Source of the DNA: an uncultured Fibrobacteria bacterium
GTDB lineage: Bacteria; Fibrobacterota; Fibrobacteria; UBA11236
Length of the DNA: 64,000 nt
NCBI GenBank assembly: GCA_963716395.1
Contig: OY970309.1
Coordinates: forward strand, 2,624,001 to 2,688,000
Direction: 5' to 3'
Numbering within the stretch: position 1 is the stretch's first letter; every line of letters starts with the position of its first letter. The notes under the pieces are model-generated. The model saw only the letters and a list, made by a program, of their open reading frames with translations. It had not been told where the DNA came from and searched no databases. Shown here one piece after another: positions 1 through 10,596 of the stretch. Position numbers and translations under genes: made by a program.

Positions 1-373
1 CAACGTACCCTTCGCGGCCGGCGATTATCTCTTCCGCACCGACGGGCCGGCCGATGAATTCTACCTGCTGCGGCATGGCCGCGTGGCGCTCGAAGTGGTG
101 GCGCCGGGTCGCTCGGCCATCACCATCGAAACCGTGGGCCCGGGGGAAATCGTCGGGGTTTCCTGGCTGGTTCCGCCTTACCGCTGGCACCTCGCGGCCC
201 GCGCTCTGGAACTGGTGCGCGCCATCGGCATGGACGCCCGGTGTTTACGGAATAAATGCGACGAAAATCACGATGTGGGCTACGCGCTGATGCAGCGCTT
301 CGTGCCCCTGCTGGTCGACCGGCTCCAGGCCATGCGGCTGCAACTCCTCGACGTGTATGGACCGCCCGCTTGA
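1..373 (+). CDS. Cyclic nucleotide-binding domain protein (Crp-like cNMP domain, no HTH), 5'-truncated by the window edge
   Basis: Frame is open from base 2: NVPFAAGDYLFRTDGPADEFYLLRHGRVALEV...GPGEIVGVSWLVPPYRW. This is the cNMP protein typically embedded in group 3b hydrogenase operons. Confidence 0.85.
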   Translation, partial: NVPFAAGDYLFRTDGPADEFYLLRHGRVALEVVAPGRSAITIETVGPGEIVGVSWLVPPYRWHLAARALELVRAIGMDARCLRNKCDENHDVGYALMQRFVPLLVDRLQAMRLQLLDVYGPPA

Positions 374-1211
374 AAGGCGGGCGCCGCCCGCCGCCGATCC
401 CATGGTTCCGGTTCCGGCGCGCGTGCGGCGCGTGCGCCGCGAATTGGCCGACGTGTGGACGCTGGTGCTCGAACCGGAGGCCCCGGGTTTTTCCTTCGCG
501 CCCGGCCAGTTCAACATGCTCTACGCCTTCGGGGTGGGCGAGGCCGCGATTTCCATCAGCGGCGATCCCGACGCTCCGGAAACCCTGGTGCATACCGTGC
601 GGGCCGTGGGCCGGGTATCGCAGGCGTTGACGCGGCTGCGGGCCGGCGATTGGGTGGGCCTGCGCGGGCCCTTCGGGCGGGGATGGCCGGTGGACGAAGC
701 CGCCGGGTCCGATGTGATTTTGGTCGCGGGAGGCTTGGGCTTGGCGCCGCTGCGTCCGGCCTTTTACCGCCTGCGGGCGCAGCGCGCGCGTTACGGCCGT
801 ATTCTGCTGTTGTGCGGAGCGCGCAGCCCGGCCGACATTCTCTTCCGCCGCGAACTGGAACAATGGCGCCGCCGCTTCGACCTCGACATCGAGGTCACGG
901 TCGATCATGCGGCGCACGAATGGAGCGGCCACGTGGGCGTGGTCACGACCTTGATCGCCCGCGCCGCTTTCGACCGCCGGCACACCGTCGCCTTCGTCTG
1001 CGGGCCGGAAATCATGATGCGCTTCGCGGCCGCCGAGTTGGAAAAGGCCGGGGTCGCCGCGCCGTCCATCCACCTTTCCCTGGAGCGCAACATGAAATGC
1101 GCCGTGGGCCTGTGTGGCCATTGCCAGTTCGGGTCCGATTTCATCTGCCAAGACGGTCCGGTGCTGCCCTACGCCCGGTTGCGCGATCGCCTGGCGTGTG
1201 CGGAGCTCTGA
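357..1211 (+). CDS. Sulfhydrogenase/group 3b hydrogenase gamma subunit (FAD/NAD(P)-binding, 2Fe-2S)
   Basis: Motifs [30 protein letters not shown] and [14 protein letters not shown]. Confidence 0.92.
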   Translation: MDRPLERRAPPAADPMVPVPARVRRVRRELADVWTLVLEPEAPGFSFAPGQFNMLYAFGVGEAAISISGDPDAPETLVHTVRAVGRVSQALTRLRAGDWVGLRGPFGRGWPVDEAAGSDVILVAGGLGLAPLRPAFYRLRAQRARYGRILLLCGARSPADILFRRELEQWRRRFDLDIEVTVDHAAHEWSGHVGVVTTLIARAAFDRRHTVAFVCGPEIMMRFAAAELEKAGVAAPSIHLSLERNMKCAVGLCGHCQFGSDFICQDGPVLPYARLRDRLACAEL

Positions 1212-1212
1212 C

Positions 1213-1989
1213 ATGGCGGCCCGCAAACCCAAACTCGCGGTGTGGAAATTCTCCTCCTGCGACGGCTGCCAGCTTTCGCTGCTCGATTGCGAAGACGAAC
1301 TCTTGGCCGTGGCCGGCGCCATCGAGATCGCTTATTTTCCCGAAGCCACCCGTGGCGTGATCAAAGGCCCCTATGACGTGTCGCTGGTCGAAGGCTCGAT
1401 CACCACGCCGCATGACGCGGAGCGCATTCTGGCCGTGCGGCGGCAGTCGAAAACCCTGATCACCATCGGCGCCTGCGCCACGGCCGGCGGCATCCAGGCG
1501 CTGCGCAATTTCGCCGACGTGGCCGCCTTCACCGCGCTCGTCTATGCCCGGCCCGACTACATCTCGACCCTGGCCACGTCCACGCCCATCGCCGCGCATA
1601 TTCCCGTCGACTTCGAACTGCGCGGCTGCCCCATCGACAAACGCCAGCTCGTCGAAGTGCTGGCGGCTTTTCTGGCCCGGCGCAAACCCACGACGCCGGC
1701 GCACAGCACCTGTCTGGAATGCAAGCTCCAGGGTAACGTCTGCGTGATGGTCGCGCGGGGAACGCCCTGCCTGGGTCCGGTGACCCATGCCGGCTGCGGC
1801 GCCTTGTGCCCGGGCTATGCCCGCGGCTGCTACGGCTGCTTCGGGCCCATGGAAACCCCGAATACGAAAAGTCTCAGCGCCCGCCTGGCCGGCTTGGGCA
1901 TGTCAGAGCGCGACCTGCACCGCGTGTACCGCACCTTCAACGCCGCGTCCAAACCGTTTCAAGACGAGGCCCAACGCCATGGCGCGTAA
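1213..1989 (+). CDS. Group 3b [NiFe]-hydrogenase small (delta) subunit
   Basis: SSCDGCQ, VEGSIT, IGACA, GCP and a C-terminal Cys cluster (CLEC..CLGP..GCGALCP..CYGC). ATG at 1213 lies just after the gamma subunit stop. Confidence 0.93.
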   Translation: MAARKPKLAVWKFSSCDGCQLSLLDCEDELLAVAGAIEIAYFPEATRGVIKGPYDVSLVEGSITTPHDAERILAVRRQSKTLITIGACATAGGIQALRNFADVAAFTALVYARPDYISTLATSTPIAAHIPVDFELRGCPIDKRQLVEVLAAFLARRKPTTPAHSTCLECKLQGNVCVMVARGTPCLGPVTHAGCGALCPGYARGCYGCFGPMETPNTKSLSARLAGLGMSERDLHRVYRTFNAASKPFQDEAQRHGA

Positions 1990-3268
1990 AACCATCAAGG
2001 TCGATTACCTGGCCCGCGTCGAAGGCGAAGGCGCACTGACCGTGCACATCCGTAACGGCAAGGTGACGGGCGCCGAATTGCGGATTTTCGAGCCGCCGCG
2101 CTTTTTCGAGGCTTTTTTGCGCGGCCGCGCCTGCGGCGAAGCGCCTGACATCACCGCCCGCATTTGCGGCATCTGCCCGGTGGCCTATCAGATGAGCGCG
2201 GTGCATGCCATGGAAGACGCGCTGCACGTCAAAATTCCGCAGCCGATCCGCGACCTGCGCCGCTTGTTGTATTGCGGCGAATGGATCGAGAGCCACACCT
2301 TGCACATCTACATGTTGCATGCCCCGGATTTTCTCGGGTATGCGGGCGCGGTCGAAATGGCGCGCGATCACGCCGACCTCGTGCGGCGCGGTTTGGAATT
2401 GAAGAAAACCGGCAACGAGATTCTGCGCGTGGTGGGCGGCCGTGAAGTCCATCCCATCAACGTGCGCCTGGGCGGTTTTTACCGGACGCCGACGCGGCGC
2501 GAGTTGGCCGCCTTGCGCGATCCCCTGCAGCGGGCGCGCGAGCTGGCGCTGGAAACCGTGCGCTGGGTGGCCGGCTTCGACTTTCCCGCTTGCCGGCGCG
2601 ACTACGAATGGGTGGCGCTGCATCATCCCGACGAATACGCGCTCAATGAAGGCCGCATCGTGTCGAACCGGGGATTGGACATTGCCGCCTCGGAATACGA
2701 CGCCCACTTCGCCGAAACCCACGTGGCGCATTCCCACGCTTTGCAATCGCGCACGCGCGCCGGCAACGCCTACATGGTGGGGCCGCTGGCGCGCTTCGCC
2801 CTGAACTTCGACCAGCTCTCGCCGTTGGCCCGCGAGGCGGCCCGGCAGGCCGGGCTCGACGGGCCTTGCGCCAATCCCTATCAAAGTATCGTGGTGCGCG
2901 CCGTCGAAGTGCTGTACGCCTGCGACGAGGCGTTGCGTCTGCTCGCGGACTATGTCGAGCCCGAGCAGCCTGCCGCAACGGTGGAAATCGGGGCGGGCAC
3001 CGGCTTCGCGGCCACCGAAGCGCCGCGCGGATTGCTGTACCACCGCTACCGTCTGGATGCCACCGGCGCCATTCTCGACGCGCAAATCGTGCCGCCCACT
3101 GCGCAGAACCAGGCCGCGGTCGAAGAAGACCTGGCGGTTTTCATCAACGCTTGGATCGATATGCCCGACGAGGCGCTAAAGCAGCGCTGCGAGCAGACGG
3201 TGCGGAATTACGATCCCTGCATTTCCTGCGCCACGCATTTTCTCGATTTGCGGGTGGATCGCGGCTGA
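1979..3268 (+). CDS. Group 3b [NiFe]-hydrogenase large (alpha) subunit
   Basis: ARVEGEG, L1 motif RICGIC, L2 motif DPCISCATH followed by a short cleavable C-terminal extension. Confidence 0.95.
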   Translation: MARKTIKVDYLARVEGEGALTVHIRNGKVTGAELRIFEPPRFFEAFLRGRACGEAPDITARICGICPVAYQMSAVHAMEDALHVKIPQPIRDLRRLLYCGEWIESHTLHIYMLHAPDFLGYAGAVEMARDHADLVRRGLELKKTGNEILRVVGGREVHPINVRLGGFYRTPTRRELAALRDPLQRARELALETVRWVAGFDFPACRRDYEWVALHHPDEYALNEGRIVSNRGLDIAASEYDAHFAETHVAHSHALQSRTRAGNAYMVGPLARFALNFDQLSPLAREAARQAGLDGPCANPYQSIVVRAVEVLYACDEALRLLADYVEPEQPAATVEIGAGTGFAATEAPRGLLYHRYRLDATGAILDAQIVPPTAQNQAAVEEDLAVFINAWIDMPDEALKQRCEQTVRNYDPCISCATHFLDLRVDRG

Positions 3269-3271
3269 AGC

Positions 3272-3751
3272 ATGGAAACGGCCGAGCTACGTATCCCGCT
3301 GGTGATCGGTGTCGGCAACCCCGATCGCGGCGACGATGCGGCCGGCCGCGCCGTGGCGGCCCGGGTAAAAGCCCTCGGCCGCGGAAACTTCCGGGTGATC
3401 GAAAGCGACGGCGAGGCCGCGTCTTTGCTCGCCTTGTTCGCGCGATCCGACACCGTGATTCTCGTCGATGCGGCCGTGTCCGACGGCCTGCCCGGAAGCA
3501 TCGCGCGTTTCGACGTGCACGCCGCGCCGCTGCCGGCGGACTGCTTCGGCGTTTCGACTCACGGATTCGGTTTGGCGCAAGCCGTCGAACTGGCCCGTGC
3601 CTTGTATCTCCTGCCCCGCCGCTGCGAGGTCTTCACCATCGAAGCGCAAGCCTGCGAAATCGGCGCGGGGCTTTCCACCGCCGTGGCCCGCGCGGTCGAC
3701 GAAGTGGCGTTACGCATTCTCGCCGCGGCGCCGGAGAGCCGGCATGCATGA
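3272..3751 (+). CDS. Hydrogenase maturation protease
   Basis: IGVGNPDRGDDAAG, VDA and STHG motifs. Confidence 0.92.
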   Translation: METAELRIPLVIGVGNPDRGDDAAGRAVAARVKALGRGNFRVIESDGEAASLLALFARSDTVILVDAAVSDGLPGSIARFDVHAAPLPADCFGVSTHGFGLAQAVELARALYLLPRRCEVFTIEAQACEIGAGLSTAVARAVDEVALRILAAAPESRHA

Positions 3752-4007
3752 ACAGAGCCTGATGCAAAACCTGCTGCGCCGGATCGCGCAGGCCGCCGGC
3801 GCGGAACGCGCCGCGCGCGTGCAGGCGGTGTCGGTTCGGCTCGGCGCTTTGAGCCACATGTCTCCGGAGCATTTTCGCGAGCATTTTCTCCGCGCCTCGG
3901 CCGGAACCCTCGCCGAGGGAGCGCGCCTCGATATCACCGCCTCGGATGTGCTCGACGACCCCGCCGCGGCCGACGTGCTCTTGACCGGCATCGAAGTGGA
4001 GACGTGA
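3744..4007 (+). CDS. hypA: Short HypA nickel metallochaperone (87 aa, no Cys)
   Basis: MHE N-terminus, VRLGALS, AEGARL and C-terminal IEVE. Overlaps both neighbouring genes. Confidence 0.8.
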   Translation: MHEQSLMQNLLRRIAQAAGAERAARVQAVSVRLGALSHMSPEHFREHFLRASAGTLAEGARLDITASDVLDDPAAADVLLTGIEVET

Positions 4008-6415
4008 TGGGGCAGGAAACCTTCGCACTCCCGATCTTGGTCGAGCCGCCGGCGCGCTTGCGCTTTCAGGTTCGCGGCGCCGTGCAAGGCGTGGGATTCC
4101 GTCCCTTCCTGTACCGCGAAGCCCGGGCGCTGGGCCTCACCGGCTTCGCGGTGAATACGCCCGAAGGCGTATCCCTCGAAGTCGAAGGCGCGCCCGCCGC
4201 CATCGAGCGGTTGCGCCAGCGCATCTTGTACGCTCCGCCGCCGCATGCGCATATCACCGCGTTGGATCAGGAAAGCCTCTTGCCCGGCGGCGATTCCGAT
4301 TTCGAAATTCGGCCCAGCCAATACCAATGTGAAGGCGAAGGCGCGGCGCAGGCTACGGTGTTGCCCGATCTCGCCATGTGCCGGGAATGTCGCGAAGAGA
4401 TTTACTCTCCGGGCAATCGGCGCTATCGCTATCCTTTCACCAATTGCACGCAATGCGGGCCGCGTTTTTCCATTCTCCTGGATTTGCCCTATGATCGCGC
4501 GCGCACCAGTATGCGCGGGTTTGTGATGTGCGCGGCCTGCGCGGCGGAATACCACGATCCGGGGAACCGCCGCTTTCACGCCGAACCCAATGCGTGTCCG
4601 ATCTGCGGCCCCCGGCTGCAATTATGGGATGGTGCGGGGGCGCGACGGGCCGAAGGCCAAGGGGTACTGGCCGAAGGTGAAGCGGCGCTGGGACAAGTAA
4701 CCCAAGCGTTACGCCGCGGCGAGATCGTGGCGGTCAAGGGCTTGGGAGGTTTTCACCTCCTGGTCGATGCGCGCGACCCCGCAGCGGTGCGACGCCTGCG
4801 GACGCGCAAGCTGCGCGCGGAAAAACCCTTCGCGGTCATGTTTCCGTCCCTGGCGGCGGTGCACAAGGTTTGCCGGGTCAGCCCGGTGGAAGCGGCGCTC
4901 TTGACCGGCCCGCAAGCACCCATCGTTTTGTTGAAACGGTTGCCACGGCTGCATTGGGGGCGGCGCGAAAATGAGGACTTGGCGGCCGAGGTGGCGCCCC
5001 GTAATCCGCGCCTGGGGGTTTTGCTGCCGTATACGCCGCTGCACCAACTCCTCTTGGCCGACTTGGATTTTCCGCTCGTGGCCACCAGCGGCAATGGTGC
5101 CGAAGAGCCCATCGCCATCGACGAACACGAGGCGCGCCAACGCCTGGGCGGCATCGCCGACCTGTTCCTGGTGCATAACCGGCCCATTCTCCGGCCGCTC
5201 GACGATTCCCTGGTTCAGGTGGTCGCCGGGCGGCCGCAAATTCTGCGCCGGGCGCGGGGCTATGCGCCGCTGCCGTTGGAGTCGGATGCGGCGCCCGGAA
5301 TACTCGCGCTGGGCGGCCATCTGAAATCTTCTCTTGCTCTTGGCACCGCCGCGGGAATCGTGGCCGGGCCGCATCTCGGCGATCTCGACACCGCCGCAGC
5401 GCGCGACGGGTACGCCCGCTCCGCCTCGGAGCTGACGCGGCTGTATCGCCTGCGGCCACGGCTGGCGGTGCGCGATCTCCATCCCGATTATTACTCGTCA
5501 CGCTTTGCCGAAACCTTGGCTGAAACCTTGGGGTTACCCGTGCGGGCCGTGCAACACCATGTCGCGCATGTTTGGTCCTGCATGGCCGAGCATGCCGTGG
5601 AGCCGCCCGTTCTCGGCGTGGCCTTCGACGGTTCAGGATACGGGGCCGACGGAACCTTGTGGGGCGGCGAATTCCTGCGCATCACCCCCACGGGTTGGCG
5701 CCGCGTCGCGCATCTGCGGTCTTTCCGGCTGCCGGGGGGAACGGCGGCCCTGCGCGAACCGCGCCGCGCGGCCTTGGGATTGCTCGCCGCGGCCTTCGGA
5801 CCGGAAAGCCTGGAGTGGACGGATTTGCCGCCGGTGGCGGCGTTCACCCCGGCCGAGCGCAAACTCTTGGCCGCCATGCTGGCGCGCGGGGTTAACGCAC
5901 CGGTTACGACCGCCGCCGGGCGTTTGTTTGACGCGGTCGCGGCCTTGATCGGGTTGCGGCAATGCTGCGGGTATGAAGGCCAAGCCGCCACGGAATTGGA
6001 AGCCGCCGCGAATGCAGACGGCGACACCGAACCCGATGCCGCTTACGACTTTGCCTGCCGGCCCGGAACCAGGCCGGAAGATCCGCGGGTGGTGGATTGG
6101 GAGCCGGCGCTGCGCGCCTTGCTGCGGGATTTTCGCGGTGGGGCCACGTCGGCCGCCATGGCGCGGCGTTTTCATGCCGGCCTGGCCGCGGCCATCGGCG
6201 TGGTGGCGGTTCGGATCGGCGAACCCAAGGTGGCCCTTTCCGGCGGCTGCTTTCAGAACGTGCGCCTGACCGAACTCACGCTGCAAGCCTTGCGCGCCGC
6301 GGGCTTTACGCCCTATTGGCATCAATGTGTGCCGCCCAACGACGGCGGCCTGGCTGTGGGCCAGGCGGCCTGGGCCGCACACCGGGAAACATCGGGGGAA
6401 ACGCCATGTGTCTAG
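4004..6415 (+). CDS. hypF: Carbamoyltransferase HypF
   Basis: GAVQGVGFRPF acylphosphatase domain, zinc fingers CxxC...NCTQCGPR, KGLGGFH, DLHPDY, QHHVAH, SGGCFQN, PPNDGG. Confidence 0.97.
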   Translation: MMGQETFALPILVEPPARLRFQVRGAVQGVGFRPFLYREARALGLTGFAVNTPEGVSLEVEGAPAAIERLRQRILYAPPPHAHITALDQESLLPGGDSDFEIRPSQYQCEGEGAAQATVLPDLAMCRECREEIYSPGNRRYRYPFTNCTQCGPRFSILLDLPYDRARTSMRGFVMCAACAAEYHDPGNRRFHAEPNACPICGPRLQLWDGAGARRAEGQGVLAEGEAALGQVTQALRRGEIVAVKGLGGFHLLVDARDPAAVRRLRTRKLRAEKPFAVMFPSLAAVHKVCRVSPVEAALLTGPQAPIVLLKRLPRLHWGRRENEDLAAEVAPRNPRLGVLLPYTPLHQLLLADLDFPLVATSGNGAEEPIAIDEHEARQRLGGIADLFLVHNRPILRPLDDSLVQVVAGRPQILRRARGYAPLPLESDAAPGILALGGHLKSSLALGTAAGIVAGPHLGDLDTAAARDGYARSASELTRLYRLRPRLAVRDLHPDYYSSRFAETLAETLGLPVRAVQHHVAHVWSCMAEHAVEPPVLGVAFDGSGYGADGTLWGGEFLRITPTGWRRVAHLRSFRLPGGTAALREPRRAALGLLAAAFGPESLEWTDLPPVAAFTPAERKLLAAMLARGVNAPVTTAAGRLFDAVAALIGLRQCCGYEGQAATELEAAANADGDTEPDAAYDFACRPGTRPEDPRVVDWEPALRALLRDFRGGATSAAMARRFHAGLAAAIGVVAVRIGEPKVALSGGCFQNVRLTELTLQALRAAGFTPYWHQCVPPNDGGLAVGQAAWAAHRETSGETPCV

Positions 6416-6774
6416 CCGTTCCCGGCCGCATCCTCGCCACCACCGGCGCCGATCCGTTGCAGCGCATGGGTCGGGTCGATTTCGGCGGCGTGATCAAAGA
6501 AATCAATCTCGCCTTTACGCCCGAAGCCCGGGTCGATGATTATGTGCTGGTGCATGTCGGCTTCGCCATTTCCTGCCTGGATGCGGGAGAAGCGGCCAAG
6601 GTATACGAACATCTGCAGGTGCTGGGCGAAATGGAAGTGCCCTCCGGGGCCGACGATGAGGACGGTGACGGCGATGATGATGATGATGATGACGATGATA
6701 ATGAGGACGACGATGGGAACAAAGATGAAGACGGGGATAAAGACGGGGAAGAAGAAAAAGCCGGAGCGACATGA
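6406..6774 (+). CDS. hypC: HypC/HybG chaperone with a poly-acidic C-terminal tail
   Basis: MCLAVPG N-terminus and [10 protein letters not shown], followed by a D/E-rich extension of about 40 aa. Confidence 0.93.
   Translation: MCLAVPGRILATTGADPLQRMGRVDFGGVIKEINLAFTPEARVDDYVLVHVGFAISCLDAGEAAKVYEHLQVLGEMEVPSGADDEDGDGDDDDDDDDDNEDDDGNKDEDGDKDGEEEKAGAT
6673..6690 (+). repeat. (GAT)6 trinucleotide repeat within the hypC acidic tail
   Basis: gatgatgatgatgatgat inside a longer GAY/GAR-rich tract (about 6652-6760). Confidence 0.9.
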
Positions 6775-7871
6775 AATTTCGTGACGAATATCGCGACCCG
6801 GCGGAAGCGCAACGATTGGCCGCGGCCATCGCCGGTCTGGTCACCCGCCCCTGGAACATCATGGAAGTCTGCGGCGGGCAGACGCATGCCATCGTCCGTT
6901 ACGGTCTCGACCAGCTTTTGCCGCCCGGGATCAACTTGATCCACGGCCCCGGCTGTCCGGTGTGCGTGACGCCGGTCGATTACGTCGACAAGGCCATCGC
7001 CATCGCCGCCCAACCCGGAACCATGCTTTGCTCTTTCGGCGACATGTTGCGCGTGCCGGGCAGCGGCGGCGATTTGCTGGCCGCCAAAGCGCGCGGCGCC
7101 GACGTGCGCATCGTGTATTCACCCCTCGACGCCGTGGCCCTGGCGCGCCGCCACCCCAATCGCGAAGTGGTGTTTTTCGCGGTCGGCTTCGAGACCACGG
7201 CCCCGGCCAATGCCATGGCGGCCTACCAGGCCAAGCGGGAAGGACTGCGCAATTTTTCCCTGCTGGCTTCGCACGTGCTCGTGCCGCCCGCCATGCGCGC
7301 CATTCTCGACGCGCCCGTGAACCGCGTGCAGGGTTTTCTGGCCGCAGGCCACGTGTGCACCATCATGGGCTTCGAGGAATACGAACCGATCGTGGCGCGT
7401 TATAAGGTGCCCATCGTGGTCACCGGCTTCGAACCGCTCGACATTCTCGCCGGTGTGTACCTGTGCGTGCGCCAGCTCGAAAGCGGCCGCGCCGAAATCG
7501 AAAACCAATATGCGCGCGCGGTGCAGCGGGCGGGCAATCTATCGGCGCAAGCCATTCTGCGCGAAGTGTTCTGCGTGGTGCGGCGGCGCTGGCGCGGCAT
7601 CGGAGAAATCGAAGAAAGCGGCCTGGCCTTGTCCGAAGCGTATCGCGCTTATGACGCCGAGCAGCGGTTCGGTCCCGTCGGTTCGCAGGCCGAAGTCGCC
7701 GGCGAATGCCTGGCGGGCCTGGTGTTGTGCGGCGAAAAAAAACCGATCGACTGCCCGGCTTTCGGCACGCGCTGCACGCCCGAACATCCGCTGGGCGTCA
7801 CCATGGTGTCTTCCGAAGGCGCCTGCGCCGCGTATTACCGCTATCGCCGCGAGCCGGCGGCGGTGAAGTAG
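6771..7871 (+). CDS. hypD: Hydrogenase formation protein HypD
   Basis: [21 protein letters not shown] and [12 protein letters not shown]. Confidence 0.97.
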   Translation: MKFRDEYRDPAEAQRLAAAIAGLVTRPWNIMEVCGGQTHAIVRYGLDQLLPPGINLIHGPGCPVCVTPVDYVDKAIAIAAQPGTMLCSFGDMLRVPGSGGDLLAAKARGADVRIVYSPLDAVALARRHPNREVVFFAVGFETTAPANAMAAYQAKREGLRNFSLLASHVLVPPAMRAILDAPVNRVQGFLAAGHVCTIMGFEEYEPIVARYKVPIVVTGFEPLDILAGVYLCVRQLESGRAEIENQYARAVQRAGNLSAQAILREVFCVVRRRWRGIGEIEESGLALSEAYRAYDAEQRFGPVGSQAEVAGECLAGLVLCGEKKPIDCPAFGTRCTPEHPLGVTMVSSEGACAAYYRYRREPAAVK

Positions 7872-7876
7872 GCGCC

Positions 7877-8926
7877 ATGGGTACGGGAGAATTCGCCTGG
7901 TCTTGTCCGGCGCCGACGCCCGGCGCAGAGGTCGTGCAACTCGCGCATGGCGGCGGCGGGCGCATGACCGAGCGCCTGCTCGACCGCATTTTCCGGCCGG
8001 CCTTTGCCGACGCGCAGTTGGACCGGCGCCATGACGGCGCGCGCCTGCCGGCCGGCGGCCCGCTGGCTTTCACCACCGATTCCTATGTCGTGCAGCCGCT
8101 GGAATTTCCGGGCGGCGATATCGGCGCGCTGGCCGTCAACGGCACGGTCAACGATTTGGCCATGTGCGGCGCCCGGCCCGACTTCCTGAGCGCGGGATTC
8201 ATTCTCGAAGAAGGGCTCGACCTCGCTTTGCTGACGCGCCTGGTCGCTTCGATGCGGCGGGCCGCGCAGGCGGCCGGCATTCGCGTCGTCACCGGCGATC
8301 TCAAGGTCGTCGATCGCGGCAAGGCCGACGGAGTGTTCATCAATACCAGCGGTGTCGGCACGATCGTCGCTCCGCAGGCGATCGAACCGCAAAGCGTGCG
8401 GCCGGGCGACGCCGTGATCCTTTCCGGCGATGTGGGCCGGCACGGCATCGCGGTGCTGGCGGCGCGCGCCGAACTCGGCTTCGAATCCGAAATCCAAAGC
8501 GATTGTGCCCCGCTGGCGGCACCCGTGTTGGCTTTATTCGCCGCGGGTCTGGCAGTGCATTGTCTGCGCGATCTCACGCGCGGCGGCCTGGCCGGCGGAC
8601 TGGTGGAAATCGCCGAAACCGCCGGGCTGGCCATGGAAATCGACGAGCAAGCCGTGCGCGTGCGGCCCGACGTCGCTTCGGCCTGCGAAGTGCTCGGCCT
8701 GGATCCCTTTCACATTGCCAACGAAGGGCGCTTCGCCGCCTTTGTCCCGGACGATCAGGCGACGCGCGTCGTGCAGGAACTGCGCCGGCATGCGGTGTCG
8801 TCGGGCGCTGGCATCATCGGCCGCGTGCAGGCAGGGCCGGCGGGCCGCGTCACCTGCGCCGGTCCGCTGGGAGGGATGCGCGTGCTCGACATGTTGTCGG
8901 GCGAACAATTGCCACGCATCTGTTAG
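7877..8926 (+). CDS. hypE: Hydrogenase expression protein HypE
   Basis: [26 protein letters not shown] and C-terminal LPRIC. Confidence 0.97.
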   Translation: MGTGEFAWSCPAPTPGAEVVQLAHGGGGRMTERLLDRIFRPAFADAQLDRRHDGARLPAGGPLAFTTDSYVVQPLEFPGGDIGALAVNGTVNDLAMCGARPDFLSAGFILEEGLDLALLTRLVASMRRAAQAAGIRVVTGDLKVVDRGKADGVFINTSGVGTIVAPQAIEPQSVRPGDAVILSGDVGRHGIAVLAARAELGFESEIQSDCAPLAAPVLALFAAGLAVHCLRDLTRGGLAGGLVEIAETAGLAMEIDEQAVRVRPDVASACEVLGLDPFHIANEGRFAAFVPDDQATRVVQELRRHAVSSGAGIIGRVQAGPAGRVTCAGPLGGMRVLDMLSGEQLPRIC

Positions 8927-9023
8927 TAATCGATTAGAACCCTGTAAGAGCCCTTTCAATCGGCGAAGGCTGGCGCATGCGCCGAGTAACCGGTATGTTA
9001 ACTGAGGCCGGGGGCCCTTAGCA

Positions 9024-10022
9024 TCAGGGGGAAAGTGACTCACCCTGCGGTCGGTGAGCCTGTCGAACCGACCGAGGGGCGCGGTTGCGCGGATGAAAAC
9101 TTTGATGCACTTCTTTCAGGTATTCCTGATCCAGATGGGTGTAAATCTGGGTGGTGCCGATGTCGGCGTGACCCAGGAGTTCCTGCACCGCGCGCAAGTC
9201 GGCTCCGGCTTCGATGAGATGGGTGGCGAAGCTGTGACGAAAGGTATGCGGGGAGATGCCGTCCGCGGGCAGGCCGGCCAGCAGACAGGATTTGCGCACG
9301 CTGTTCCAGGCGCCCATGCGCGACAAGGGCTTTCCCCGATTGTTGGTGATGAGCGTGTCGCAGTGCGGAACCGCGATACGCGCGCGTTCGCCGTCGCGAT
9401 AAGCCCGCAGCGAAGCCACCACCTTGGATCCCAGCGGCACCAGGCGCTGCTTGCCGCCCTTGCCCTGCACCAAGGCCAGGCCTTCGGAAAAATGCAGCGC
9501 GTCCAGCGTCAGGTTCACGGCTTCGGAGATGCGCAAGCCCAGGCCGTACAAGAGTTCCACCAGGGCCAGGTCGCGCTGGGCATGGGGTTCGTCCGTGGCC
9601 GCGCGTGCTTCCAGGGTGGCATATAAGGTTTCGATTTCGGAGCGGCTGAGGCTGCGGGGACGGTAACGTTGCTGTTTCGGCACCCGCACGCCGTGGCAGA
9701 CATCGTCGGCCAAGAGACCCGCGTCGAACAGGTAGCCGGTATAGCTGCGCAATGACGCCAGGTAACGCGCCAGGCTGGTGGCGCCGAATCCCGCTTCGGC
9801 CAGGGCCGAAAACAATTCCTGGATGTTCACGCGCGTGAGCCCCGCGGCGGGTCGGACCGCCTCCAGCCCGGGCAATTGCCGCAGGCAGAGACGCAGATCG
9901 CTGAGGTACGCCTCCACCGTATTGGGGCTGAGGCGTTTTTCCAGCAACAGATGGGCGCGGTAGGCGTCGGCTGCGGGAATGTGTACGCCGATGGGAGGCG
10001 TGGCGTCGGTTGGGGAAGCCAT
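9024..10022 (-). CDS. xerD: Site-specific tyrosine recombinase XerD
   Basis: GLRISE, GKGGKQRLVP and PHTFRHSFATHL..GADLRAVQELLGHADIGTTQIYTH. Start codon uncertain. Confidence 0.88.
   Translation of the reverse strand: MASPTDATPPIGVHIPAADAYRAHLLLEKRLSPNTVEAYLSDLRLCLRQLPGLEAVRPAAGLTRVNIQELFSALAEAGFGATSLARYLASLRSYTGYLFDAGLLADDVCHGVRVPKQQRYRPRSLSRSEIETLYATLEARAATDEPHAQRDLALVELLYGLGLRISEAVNLTLDALHFSEGLALVQGKGGKQRLVPLGSKVVASLRAYRDGERARIAVPHCDTLITNNRGKPLSRMGAWNSVRKSCLLAGLPADGISPHTFRHSFATHLIEAGADLRAVQELLGHADIGTTQIYTHLDQEYLKEVHQSFHPRNRAPRSVRQAHRPQGESLSP
9043..9078. repeat. Palindromic REP-like element in the xerD 3' end
   Basis: Stem-loop CCCT(G)CGGTCGGT-GAGCCTGTCGA-ACCGACCG-AGGG. Confidence 0.5.
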
Positions 10023-10229
10023 GGTTGCAGAAAACATAATCGGCGGTATGCACCCGCCGGCGCGGCTTCTCTGGCGGGGGCGATTAAGACAAAGCGACCC
10101 CGGCAAACATGGAGATTTTCGCGGCTAACATTTTAAAATCATCATAGCAGCTTTTTACCGCTTCGATATGCCCCCCGATGGGCCCCGTCCGCCGCTTTAA
10201 GAAAGAACCGCGGCGGAGCCTTCGGTAGG

Positions 10230-10440
10230 TTACAGACGCACTTCCACCCGCAGCGCTTGCAGGCTTTCGGGATTCATCATCACCTCGATGCCGACGATTT
10301 TTTCCTCGCGAAGGGCAAAGGCAAAGACCGAACGCACTTGGCCGTTTTGCACCCACACCGCTCCCGGAGCACCGTCGATGCGGCCGGGTTGGGCGCCGCG
10401 GGCCCGCCCCTTGAACATTTCGGCCACAGCTTGCGCGCCC
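10230..10440 (-). pseudogene. C-terminal remnant of an ECF41/SigJ-type sigma factor (SnoaL-like extension)
   Basis: GAQAVAEMFKGRARGAQPGRIDGAPGAVW...VFAF..EEKIVGIEVMMNPESL resembles the ECF41 C-terminus. The sigma2/sigma4 part is absent. Confidence 0.7.
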
Positions 10441-10596
10441 CAGGTCAAGCCGGGCACGTATCTGGCCGAGGGTCTGGGCGGATACGCCGTTTTCGAAGCG
10501 GAAAATATCGAGGCGGCCATCGCGCTGGCGGCCCGCATTCCCGCCGCCCGGCTGGGCGGCGCCGTCGAGGTGCGCCCGGCCGAGAAATACTGGTAG
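10441..10596 (+). pseudogene. C-terminal remnant of a YCII-related protein
   Basis: YLAEGLGGYAVFEAENIEAAIALAARIPAARLGGAVEVRP matches the YCII/DGPF-type C-terminal half. There is no plausible N-terminus. Confidence 0.7.

Noticed and set aside
5507-5532. Short tandem duplication in hypF (AETLAETL)
   Set aside because: An in-frame 12-nt slippage with no evident functional consequence
9024-10022. Tyrosine recombinase near a tRNA as the island's integrase
   Set aside because: The motifs and length fit housekeeping XerD, it lies on the 5' side of the tRNA, and no att duplication was found
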